Part shown: positions 1 through 8,317 of the stretch, in pieces | Numbering within the stretch: position 1 is the stretch's first letter | Layout: each line of letters begins with the position of its first letter | Assembly (NCBI GenBank): GCA_013203665.1 | Contig: JABMPU010000203.1 | Location: 988 to 64,987, forward strand | DNA: 64,000 nt | From: Armatimonadota bacterium | Lineage (GTDB): Bacteria > Cloacimonadota > Cloacimonadia > Cloacimonadales > TCS61 | Direction: 5' to 3' | Translations under genes and position numbers: made by a program | The notes under the pieces: generated by a model | Told to the model about the DNA's origin: nothing | Database searches by the model: none | Seen by the model: the letters and a program-made list of their open reading frames with translations, nothing else

Positions 1-674
1 AAAACTACTTTAATTTTGTATCCAATTTTTTTTAGAAGCGGAAAATTTATTATTGTCTGTAGAATCCCTCCCAGAATTACACCAATTGCCCAGAAAACGA
101 TTTGAGAATCCGCAGAAGCATCTTTATTTATAAAGACGAATATTCCTAAACTGCCGATCATAGCTATATTCAAGAATGCTGAAGAAAGACCGGGAATAAA
201 GAAAAAACCGTGAGAATTTAAAATTGAGATGAGGGTGGAAGAAAGACCGATCAGAAATAAATATGGGAATAAAATCCGAACTAATTTCAGTGTTAAATTA
301 TGAGTCTGCTCATCAAAACCGGGAGCTAATATTTTCACAATTACCGGAGCTAAAATAATACCAAATAAACAAAGAATCAGTAAAAATAACGAGAGAATCG
401 AAAGCACTTTCAAAGCAAAATTAAGCTGAACCTTTTTACCTTTTTTAATTCCGATTTCACTATAAATTGGCACAAAAGCTGCAGAAAGTGCTCCTTCGCC
501 AAAAAGTTTCCTGAGAAGATTGGGAATTTGAAAGGCTGCCTGAAATGCATCTGCAACGTAAGTAGTACCGAAAAAACTGGTCATCACAATATCGCGAATG
601 AGTCCAAAAATGCGGCTGATAAATACTGCAGATGACATTGAACCGATATTTTTTGCTAATTTTTTATTACTCAT
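1..674 (-). CDS. murJ: Lipid II flippase MurJ/MviN, N-terminal part (3' end lies beyond the window start)
   Basis: Not in the ORF track because it runs off the edge. The reverse complement from ATG at 674-672 reads MSNKKLAKNIGSMSSAVFISRIFGLIRDIVMTSFFGTTYVADAFQAAFQIPNLLRKLFGEGALSAAFVPIY..., the canonical MurJ N-terminus. Confidence 0.85.
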   Translation of the reverse strand, partial: MSNKKLAKNIGSMSSAVFISRIFGLIRDIVMTSFFGTTYVADAFQAAFQIPNLLRKLFGEGALSAAFVPIYSEIGIKKGKKVQLNFALKVLSILSLFLLILCLFGIILAPVIVKILAPGFDEQTHNLTLKLVRILFPYLFLIGLSSTLISILNSHGFFFIPGLSSAFLNIAMIGSLGIFVFINKDASADSQIVFWAIGVILGGILQTIINFPLLKKIGYKIKVV

Positions 675-808
675 ATTTTCAAATTTCCATAAACATAAAA
701 AATGAACTTGTTATTTATTGTAAACAAAATTCTAATATTTCAATGTTCAGATTTAAAGTACATAGATTGTCATTCACAATTTGAACTTTCACTCCCATCT
801 TAATGTCC

Positions 809-877
809 TGTCATTCTCAACTTGATTGGGAATCTGTTTTCTCGTTTTTATGGATTCCCGCTTTCTCGGGAATGACA
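809..877. repeat. Nested-hairpin intergenic element (TGTCATTC...GAATGACA outer arms)
   Basis: tgtcattc 809-816 pairs with gaatgaca 870-877. Inner pairs are gggaatc 828-834 / gattccc 853-859 and cccg 857-860 / cggg 867-870. The region is G+C-richer than its flanks. Confidence 0.5.
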
Positions 878-926
878 AAGTGGAAAGTGAGGAACTTAAT
901 AATTTTTGAAAAATTGTTTATTTAAA

Positions 927-954
927 TTGACAAAAAATGACTTGAACATAATAA
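927..954 (+). promoter_or_regulatory. Candidate sigma70-type promoter for the glycosyltransferase operon
   Basis: TTGACA at 927-932, then a 16-nt spacer, then TAATAA at 949-954, about 30-40 nt upstream of the 983/992 starts. Hexamer matching by eye only. Confidence 0.25.
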
Positions 955-982
955 AAATATTGTAAATTAAATTCAATTTAAG

Positions 983-2173
983 GTGACCACAATGAAATCG
1001 GAGAAATTGGCTTTTGGGATAATTACACCGAGTCTGACTCAGTTAGAACCAATACAGAATTTCTTGGATAATGCAAAAAAGTTCGGTCATATAATCGATG
1101 ATTTGATTGTGTGTTGTTACGACTTTGGAAAACCGGATATTATCAACTTTTTTCAAAAAGAATGTAAAGTAACAATGATAAAACGTGGTCATTCTTCTTT
1201 TCTTCAAAACTCATTGAAAAATTTGAGATTATCCAATGATGAAATTCAAATTCTACTTGGTACTCCAAATCTGGAAAAATATGGAAAAGTAGCTTATGGA
1301 ACTTCCAGAAATTACATTTTGCTTGCTGCCATGTTTCTTGGAATAGATTATCTATTGTTCTTTGATACTGACGTTCTACCTAAAATATTATATAAATCCA
1401 AAGAAGATAAATGCAAATTTAAAGGAATCGATTTTATCGGTTCGCATCTTAAATTCCTCAAAGAAAAAAATGTTGTTGTAACCACCAGTGATTATACAGG
1501 TTATTATATAATTCCAAAAATGAACTTTCCTTATTTAATGGAACTTTTGCAGGGAATTCAAAAAGAAGACAGATTCAAATATATTTCTTTAGTGGATGCT
1601 CCTGTTACAAGAAATTTTTATTTGCAAAACGTTTTCAATACGAAAAAAACTCTGGGTGGAAACCTGGCAATCGATCTTAATAAATTCGATATTTTACCAC
1701 CATTCTTTTCCACTACCCTGATTTTGGATAACGAATGTTTCTTAGGACGTGGAGAAGACACTCTTTTCGGACCAATAATTTATCATGCCGGAGGTCGGTG
1801 TGTTGATATTGATCTTTTTATTTTTCACAATTGTTTTGGCGATTTTCCCAATACACCACATATTCATATCAAAAAAAATATTGATAGATTTTTTTATGCA
1901 TGTATGGGATGGATTATCCGTAATCCATTTTTTAATTGGCTCGGAAAAGAATATAATGAAAAAGCAGAAGAGATCGATTACGAAAAACGATTGGTTGCAT
2001 TAAAGATAGGCAGCAAAGCAGCAGCAGAACATTTTAATGATAAAAGATTCCTGAAATTACCAGAGGCATTTGAACTGGCTTATAAAAAACTTCCTGAAGA
2101 TATTGACCATTTTTTCAGATTAACTGAAACTTGGTACAAAATGAAAACTCTAATACAAAATAGAACGAGGTAA
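983..2173 (+). CDS. Putative GT2-like (GT-A fold) glycosyltransferase, paralogous to the N-domain of the next ORF
   Basis: 396-aa ORF (GTG 983; ATG 992 is an alternative start). 'GTSRNYILLAAMFLGIDYLLFFDTDV' (xRN...DxD) and 'GRGEDTLFG' fit GT2-type motifs. There is a 4-nt gap to the next ORF. Confidence 0.5.
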   Translation: MTTMKSEKLAFGIITPSLTQLEPIQNFLDNAKKFGHIIDDLIVCCYDFGKPDIINFFQKECKVTMIKRGHSSFLQNSLKNLRLSNDEIQILLGTPNLEKYGKVAYGTSRNYILLAAMFLGIDYLLFFDTDVLPKILYKSKEDKCKFKGIDFIGSHLKFLKEKNVVVTTSDYTGYYIIPKMNFPYLMELLQGIQKEDRFKYISLVDAPVTRNFYLQNVFNTKKTLGGNLAIDLNKFDILPPFFSTTLILDNECFLGRGEDTLFGPIIYHAGGRCVDIDLFIFHNCFGDFPNTPHIHIKKNIDRFFYACMGWIIRNPFFNWLGKEYNEKAEEIDYEKRLVALKIGSKAAAEHFNDKRFLKLPEAFELAYKKLPEDIDHFFRLTETWYKMKTLIQNRTR

Positions 2174-2177
2174 AATT

Positions 2178-3935
2178 ATGCGAACTTATATTGTTATTCC
2201 CACATACTGGACAGGTCCTGATGAAGAATGGACAGAAGGTGATGCAGTTTATGATCATGACACTTCACTTAACTCCGATGGCACTCTAATTCGGATATTG
2301 CAATCAATTGATATTCTGGAAGATAAACATTTTACTCTCATAATTCTGGCTGCATCAACAAATCCAAAATATGTAAAACCAATGGAAGAGAAAATTACAA
2401 AAATGCTGCATGAAATCAATCTGCCTGTGGATACTATTATTTTTACAGATTCCAATCTGAAGGAAATGAAAAAAGTTCTCTACAAAGATATTGATTTACC
2501 GGATGTTTTGGAACTTCGAGGATATTCAAACATTCGAAATTTGTGCCTTTTTATTCCTTATATTCTGGATGCTGAAGTTGCAATATTGATCGATGATGAT
2601 GAGATCTTTGAAGATCCAAAGTTCATAACAAAAGCAAAAGAATTTATCGGTAGAAGATTTTATGGAAATACGGTCGATGGAGTGGCTGGGTACTATCTGA
2701 ACGAAGATAACGAATATTATGATAAAGTAAACATTCAACCCTGGATGACATATTGGGATAGATTTGGTCACAAAAGAGAAGCATTCGATAAAATTATCGG
2801 AAGTGAGCCAAGATTGAAGAAAACACCATTTGCTTTTGGTGGTGCTATGGTCATTCACCGAAATCTAATGAGAATCGTTCCATTTGATCCGAAGGTTACC
2901 AGGGGTGAAGATACGGATTATGTTCTCAATTCCAAGATGTTCGGTTTCAATTTTTACCTGGATAATCAATTGGCAATTAAACATCTTCCACCACCCAAAA
3001 AGCATCCGGTCTGGAAAAGATTCAGAGAGGATATTTATCGATTTTTGTATGATAAATCCAAATTCGATACACAGAAACCAAAAACAAACCTGTTTGAAAT
3101 TAAACCGGAGGATTTTGATCCTTATCCCGGAGAATTCATGAAACCGGATCTGGGAGATAAAATCTTCAAAACCAATATTATCCTGGCTTTGAATTACCTG
3201 GCAGATAATAATATAGAAGCATGTAAAGAAACCATCAAAAATATCTATCTTGCCCGTTATGATGCAATTCCACATTATAATACTTTTGAAACATATCTGG
3301 AATTTCAAAAAAATTGGAGGATATTATTAGAACATACAAAAGAATTCAGTGAAACCTTAAAAGACATAATTCTCCAAGCACAAATTATTAAGCACGATAA
3401 ATACCAGATCGATAAAAAGCGGATTTTCGAGAAATCGGGAGTAAATCAAAATGTGGATTTACAGGACATTATTATTTTCAAGAATTTCACAAAAAAAGAA
3501 CTTAGAAAGTTGTTCTACATTTCTGAAATCATTAATCTGAAAAAGAATGATTTCGTTTTTAAAGCAGGTGAAATAAACAATAATATTTTCATTGTTTTGC
3601 AAGGTACTCTTCATGTTTTAAAAGCAAGCTCAACCAATAGTGAGAAGGTTGTTGTTTCCGAACTGAAAACAGGTGAACATTTCAATGAATCATCTATCTT
3701 TTATGATTTCCCACATAAAGTTTCTGTCATAGCTACATCAGATGTGAGTCTAATGGTCATTCCCAGAGAAAATGCTCTGAAAATCCTGAAAGAAAATCCT
3801 GAAATTGCCTCTAAAATTTTGTGGCAGGTGTCAAAGAAATTAAGTGAAAGATTAATGCACACAACCCAGAAATTTTCTGAAACCAAAGACCAGGTTTCAG
3901 ATGTTTCCGATCATATGGAGAATTTTGAGGTTTGA
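2178..3935 (+). CDS. GT2-like glycosyltransferase fused to a C-terminal cyclic-nucleotide-binding-like (CAP effector) domain
   Basis: N-terminus 'TYIVIPTYW', 'YSNIRNLCLF...AILIDDDEIF' (DxD) and 'TRGEDTDYV'. C-terminal residues ~427-560 (nt ~3456-3857) read 'FKNFTKKELRKLF...FKAGEINNNIFIVLQGTLHV...GEHFNESSIF...VSVIATSDVSLMVI', which follows the cNMP-binding beta-roll layout. Confidence 0.6.
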   Translation: MRTYIVIPTYWTGPDEEWTEGDAVYDHDTSLNSDGTLIRILQSIDILEDKHFTLIILAASTNPKYVKPMEEKITKMLHEINLPVDTIIFTDSNLKEMKKVLYKDIDLPDVLELRGYSNIRNLCLFIPYILDAEVAILIDDDEIFEDPKFITKAKEFIGRRFYGNTVDGVAGYYLNEDNEYYDKVNIQPWMTYWDRFGHKREAFDKIIGSEPRLKKTPFAFGGAMVIHRNLMRIVPFDPKVTRGEDTDYVLNSKMFGFNFYLDNQLAIKHLPPPKKHPVWKRFREDIYRFLYDKSKFDTQKPKTNLFEIKPEDFDPYPGEFMKPDLGDKIFKTNIILALNYLADNNIEACKETIKNIYLARYDAIPHYNTFETYLEFQKNWRILLEHTKEFSETLKDIILQAQIIKHDKYQIDKKRIFEKSGVNQNVDLQDIIIFKNFTKKELRKLFYISEIINLKKNDFVFKAGEINNNIFIVLQGTLHVLKASSTNSEKVVVSELKTGEHFNESSIFYDFPHKVSVIATSDVSLMVIPRENALKILKENPEIASKILWQVSKKLSERLMHTTQKFSETKDQVSDVSDHMENFEV

Positions 3936-5128
3936 TGAGAGTTCTGCTGATAAACCACTTTCCCCTGCAAGGTTCCGGCAGTGGAATTTACACCATGAAT
4001 ATCGCACAGGAACTCGTAAAAGAAGGTCATCAAGTTTTTGTGATCGATATCGATAACCAGCTCGATGCATCAGATTATCCCTTTGAACGAAGAACGATCC
4101 TCTGTGATGAAAGCCAAAATATCAATCCGGACCTGAAGTTCAATTTTCCCTGTTTCACTACCCATCCACGAAGCACAAATACCTATTATGACCTGACTGA
4201 TATAAAGATAGAAAAATACGTTTCCACGTTCTCCGAAATTACAAAAGAAGTTGTTTCAGATTTTAAACCTGATGTAATTCATGCTCAGCATTTATGGATT
4301 ACTCCTTTTACAGCTCTTAAGAGTGGAGTTCCGTATGTAATAACTGTTCACGGTACCGATTTGATGGGTTTCAAAAAAGATAATCGTTTTCATAAATATG
4401 CTTTGGAAGGAGCAAAAAAAGCTCGGAAAATAATCACAATTTCAAGGCAGGTTTATAATGATACAATTGAACTTTATAAACTTCCTGAAGAAAAATTAAT
4501 TCTGAATCCAAATGGATTTGATGAGAATATTTTCAAAGTAAAGAATGTAAATAAAACAGAACTATTCACAAAATTTGGAGTAAACATTATTCCTGAAAAA
4601 CTGGTTAGCTTTGTGGGTAAATTCACTGATTTTAAAGGTATTGACCTTTTAATAAAAGCTGCTCGAATTGTGACAAATGAGATTCCGAAAATTGTTTTTG
4701 CATTAGCTGGAGATGGTGAATTGATGCCGGATATGAAAAATTTGAAAGCAGAATTAAAACTGGATAATATTCATTTCCTGGGACATCAAACTCAAATAGA
4801 TGTAGCTTCATTATTTAACGCTGCAGATGTTTCTGTTGTTCCTTCCCGCATTGAACCTTTCGGTTTAGTTGCCATTGAAGCACTTGCCTGCGGAACACCT
4901 GTGGTGGCTACAAAAGCCGGTGGTCTTCCTGATTTCGTAAATGACAAAGTGGGACAGCTTGTTGAGATGGATAATTATAATGCACTCGCTAAAGCAATAA
5001 TTGAAGAACTGAAAAATAACACTAAACGAACAAAAGGGAAATTTGCTGCAATTTATGCTAAAGAAAATTATTCCTGGAAAAAGACTTTGCAGAGAGTGAT
5101 CGAGATATATGAGGGAGCGATCAGATAA
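3932..5128 (+). CDS. Glycosyltransferase family 4 (GT-B, retaining type)
   Basis: 'MRVLLINHFPLQGSGSGIYTMNIAQEL' N-terminus and the 'SRIEPFGLVAIEALACGTPVVATKAGGLPDFV' EX7E-type motif. It overlaps the upstream ORF by 4 nt. Confidence 0.85.
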   Translation: MMRVLLINHFPLQGSGSGIYTMNIAQELVKEGHQVFVIDIDNQLDASDYPFERRTILCDESQNINPDLKFNFPCFTTHPRSTNTYYDLTDIKIEKYVSTFSEITKEVVSDFKPDVIHAQHLWITPFTALKSGVPYVITVHGTDLMGFKKDNRFHKYALEGAKKARKIITISRQVYNDTIELYKLPEEKLILNPNGFDENIFKVKNVNKTELFTKFGVNIIPEKLVSFVGKFTDFKGIDLLIKAARIVTNEIPKIVFALAGDGELMPDMKNLKAELKLDNIHFLGHQTQIDVASLFNAADVSVVPSRIEPFGLVAIEALACGTPVVATKAGGLPDFVNDKVGQLVEMDNYNALAKAIIEELKNNTKRTKGKFAAIYAKENYSWKKTLQRVIEIYEGAIR

Positions 5129-5256
5129 AAAATCAAAATTTAAATAAAAGAATTACAGAAATTAAATTCAAATACCCTAAAATATACAGTTTCATTATAT
5201 ATAACGAGTTAGATACTAATCATTATTTCTTTGACCTAAGTCTCGATCATCCTATA

Positions 5257-6126
5257 ATGATTCCATTTGAATACTTTTTAGGTTTAAAAGAAATAAAAGG
5301 ATATGAAGAGAAGGTTAATGAGATAAAACGCAATGCAATTAAAACACCTAACAGTAATGATGGGATAAAACAATGGGCAAGTATTTGTGCTGAGATAGGT
5401 GCTATTTATATCATTGAAAAACATTTAGGTTATGATATTCTAGGCTTTGAACAAAAATCTCCTAAAAGAAGAAATAAAAAGCAAACATGTGATTTTAAAG
5501 CAAAAAAAAACACAAGCATACATTATTTTGAAGTAAAAAGAAAAAGCAGTCAAATTGCGCAAAAATTACCAACAAACTTACAGAATTTTTTAATAGATTT
5601 TAAATGTAATTTCAAATTAGTTGGAGAATTAAATAATCGAAAATACCGATGTAATAATTTTAAAGAACTAGAAAATAATCTAGTCCGACATATAGATAGT
5701 TGGAAATGTGGTTATTTAAACGCTTTTCCTTATGATGAACCACCTCCGTATTTAGATGAAAATCTTACTATATTTTTTTATAAAGAAGGTTTATCAGGTT
5801 CAGGTTTTTTCCGACCTGATGGAGTCAATAGTATTTGCAATTTCTTATTTGATACAAATAGAGTTGGTAAAAATGACAATCGTATGATCCCAATGGTCTC
5901 TCAAGCTGAACTAAAAGGAGCAGATTATTTATGTTGTAATATACCAGACTGGGATGATTATTCTTTTGATTTATTAGTGAAATCTTTTTTTGAAAAATAT
6001 ACGAAAAAAACATTAATAAAATATGAAACAACAGATAACAAGATGAAAAAATTAAAAGGCATTATTCTTTTTAATAGATATGATAAATTTTGTATTATAA
6101 ATCAGTCTGGATTTGACTCAGGCTAA
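5257..6126 (+). CDS. Hypothetical protein (orphan; possible PD-(D/E)xK-like motif)
   Basis: 289-aa ORF, very AT-rich, with no family I recognise. 'ICAEIG...CDFKAKKNTSIHYFEVKRK' has E...D...ExK spacing reminiscent of restriction-endonuclease-fold cores. Confidence 0.45.
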   Translation: MIPFEYFLGLKEIKGYEEKVNEIKRNAIKTPNSNDGIKQWASICAEIGAIYIIEKHLGYDILGFEQKSPKRRNKKQTCDFKAKKNTSIHYFEVKRKSSQIAQKLPTNLQNFLIDFKCNFKLVGELNNRKYRCNNFKELENNLVRHIDSWKCGYLNAFPYDEPPPYLDENLTIFFYKEGLSGSGFFRPDGVNSICNFLFDTNRVGKNDNRMIPMVSQAELKGADYLCCNIPDWDDYSFDLLVKSFFEKYTKKTLIKYETTDNKMKKLKGIILFNRYDKFCIINQSGFDSG

Positions 6127-6220
6127 TATGTAAAGCTGTTCTGAATAAAACGGTCTTTTCGTTTGACATTAATACATTTCAAATTAAATTGTCTGTGTAA
6201 GTTCTTTATAAGATAGATAC

Positions 6221-6567
6221 GGGGGTGACCAGGTTTCGACAGGGTTAAGGGGATTGCTGATGCATGCCGAGAAGATTACCTACTCGTTAATCACGGTGAT
6301 ACTAAACTTAAACGCAAACGATAACTTTGCATTAGCTGCATAGCCAGCTACGCTCCTGCATGTTATGCTATTGAGCATGTAATGAGCGTCATAATTAATA
6401 GCTCTGGAAAGTAGATGTCTATAATACTATTCCGAGATTTATAGACTGGCTCTCTTACAAGGTTTGACTATCTTCCTGCATAAGAGTGAGATTAAAGATA
6501 GCTAAGCATGTAGATTCAGCTTTTGACTTCTCTCTGGACGCGGGTTCGATTCCCGCCACCTCCACCA
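6221..6567 (+). ncRNA. ssrA: tmRNA (SsrA), tag peptide ANDNFALAA
   Basis: 5' GGGGGTGACCAGGTTTCGACAGGG and 3' GGACGCGGGTTCGATTCCCGCCACCTCCACCA (tRNA-Ala-like acceptor/T-arm). Tag ORF gca aac gat aac ttt gca tta gct gca tag at 6314-6343. Confidence 0.95.
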
Positions 6568-6600
6568 GTCTTCGCTTGGAGCAGAGCGCAAAGCGAAGAC
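6568..6600 (+). terminator. Hairpin immediately 3' of tmRNA (10-bp stem, no U-tract)
   Basis: gtcttcgctt 6568-6577 pairs with aagcgaagac 6591-6600, with a 13-nt loop. Confidence 0.35.
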
Positions 6601-6687
6601 TGACACGCCGTATTAGCTTTAGCTATGAAGGCGGTCTGACAATAATAGTATGAATTCGCTCCAAGACTACGACCCGGCAGGCCTGTT

Positions 6688-6966
6688 ATGAAAGATTTTC
6701 ATTATGTTTATATCTTAGAGTCCATTTCACAGCTTAGACATTATTACACGGGTAGTACAAACAATATTGCAGAAAGACTAAAGAAACACAATGAAGGCGG
6801 TTGCCCTCATACAGCTAAATTCCACCCTTGGCAAATTAAGAATTACTTCGCTTTTAATTCAAAAGAAAAAGCTCTTAAATTTGAGATACTTGATGTCGGG
6901 TTCCGGACAAGAATTTGCCAGACGGCATTTTTAGAAAGTGCAGAAAAAGAAAATTCAAACAAATAG
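6688..6966 (+). CDS. GIY-YIG nuclease family protein, probably frameshifted near 6886 (possible pseudogene)
   Basis: 'FHYVYILES...HYYTGSTNNIAERLKKHNEGGCPHTAKFHPWQIKNYFAF' is a GIY-YIG small-protein pattern. The expected C-terminal 'YLxSGSGxxFAxRHF' is encoded in the +1 frame (6887-6934, YLMSGSGQEFARRHF*). Confidence 0.6.
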   Translation: MKDFHYVYILESISQLRHYYTGSTNNIAERLKKHNEGGCPHTAKFHPWQIKNYFAFNSKEKALKFEILDVGFRTRICQTAFLESAEKENSNK

Positions 6967-7036
6967 ATCAAATATTCATTTATATATTGACGATAATTTA
7001 ACCTTTCTTTGTATCACGCAAAATTATTAATTAGGA

Positions 7037-8194
7037 TTGACAATGTATCTACCAGATTATGAAAAAAATAGTATAGCAAATTTAATGGGGAATATTTTAG
7101 CTTCAATGGGTGCAAAACCAATTTACAAGCCTTTGGAGAATTTCGATAATTCTGCTTTATCCAATTCAAAAAACATTGTACTAATTGTCATTGATGGATT
7201 AGGTTATGAATACCTGCAAACGTACGGGAAAAACACATTCTTAGAAAAACATCTTATGAGGAAATTAACCTCGGTTTTTCCTTCGACCACAGCATCTGCA
7301 ATTACGACACTTCAAACAGGATTGGCAACTCTGGAACATGCAATGACCGGCTGGTTTGTATATTTGAAAGAATTAGGAACAGCATCAGTTATTTTGCCAT
7401 TCAAACCACGTTATGGTGATTATTCCTTTGGGAAAATGAATATAAAATCAGAAGATATTTTCAATTTCAAAAATATATTTGATAAAATAAATCGAAAATC
7501 ATTTCACATAATTCCTAGGTTTATCTTAAATTCTGAGTTTTCAACTTATGTGGGAGGAAAAGCTGAACGGCTTGGTTATAAAACTTTGCAAGGTTTTATA
7601 AATCAAATCAACAAAGTAATAAAAATTGATAATGAGCCAAAATTTATTTACGCTTATTGGTCGAAATTTGATACACTCAGCCATGAAAATGGAACAAAAA
7701 ATAAAAAGGTTTATAAACATTTTTTAGAAATCGATGCTGCAATTAGCTCTATTAAAAAATCACAGAAAAAAAATGATACTACCATTCTCATTACTTCTGA
7801 TCATGGATTCCTGGATACAGAAAAGTCGAAAACTTTGTATATGAAAGATCATCCTAAACTTAGCGAAACACTTGTTTTGCCTTTGTGCGGAGAGCCACGA
7901 GTCCCATATTGTTATGTAAAACCCTCAAAAGAAAATCAATTTCTAAATTATATTAATGAAAAACTGAAAAATGTTTGCGATCTTTACAAAAGTGAAAAAC
8001 TAATTGAAAAAAACTTTTTCGGTTTACATTATGAAAACCCGAAATTACGGGACAGAATTGGTGATTATATTCTTATTATGAAAGATAATTACGTTTTCAA
8101 AGATGCGGTTACAAGTGAAGAGATTCATTCATTTATCGGTTATCATGGTGGAACTTCCAAACAAGAAATGTTTGTTCCTCTAATACAAATTTAA
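7037..8194 (+). CDS. Alkaline-phosphatase-superfamily phosphoesterase (COG1524 / PglZ-like)
   Basis: 'IVLIVIDGLGYEYL', 'VFPSTTASAITTLQTG' (Thr nucleophile region), 'ILITSDHGF' and a C-terminal 'GYHGGTSKQEMFVPL'. TTG 7037 or ATG 7043 start. Confidence 0.7.
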   Translation: MTMYLPDYEKNSIANLMGNILASMGAKPIYKPLENFDNSALSNSKNIVLIVIDGLGYEYLQTYGKNTFLEKHLMRKLTSVFPSTTASAITTLQTGLATLEHAMTGWFVYLKELGTASVILPFKPRYGDYSFGKMNIKSEDIFNFKNIFDKINRKSFHIIPRFILNSEFSTYVGGKAERLGYKTLQGFINQINKVIKIDNEPKFIYAYWSKFDTLSHENGTKNKKVYKHFLEIDAAISSIKKSQKKNDTTILITSDHGFLDTEKSKTLYMKDHPKLSETLVLPLCGEPRVPYCYVKPSKENQFLNYINEKLKNVCDLYKSEKLIEKNFFGLHYENPKLRDRIGDYILIMKDNYVFKDAVTSEEIHSFIGYHGGTSKQEMFVPLIQI

Positions 8195-8317
8195 AAAGGA
8201 TAATTCTGAACTTATTTTATTCAAATTCATTAAAAGTAGCTTTATGCTTGACAAATATTTTTCAAATTGAAAATGAGTAATATAGTATTATTAAGATAAA
8301 TTATAAAGGAGATCCTA

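Noticed and set aside
2255-3886. Antisense/alternate-frame ORFs within the GT-CNB gene (e.g. 2865-3308 minus, 147 aa). The same class occurs within dnaB (18359-18754), DUF1846 (52456-52836), the solenoid gene (56943-57653) and the Mur genes.
   Set aside because: These are typical long shadow ORFs of AT-rich genes: low-complexity I/F/K/N-rich translations. All are nested in ORFs that carry strong family motifs on the other strand or frame.
5257-8194. Integrated genomic island at the tmRNA gene
   Set aside because: There is no integrase, recombinase or phage gene. I could not see a duplicated ssrA 3' segment (attR) anywhere in the window. I kept only the weaker 'accessory-looking neighbours' observation.
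7037-8194. BREX system component (PglZ)
   Set aside because: Only the AP-superfamily core is present (385 aa), and no PglX, BrxA/B/C/L or other BREX genes are in the neighbourhood. I recorded it as PglZ-like but not as BREX.
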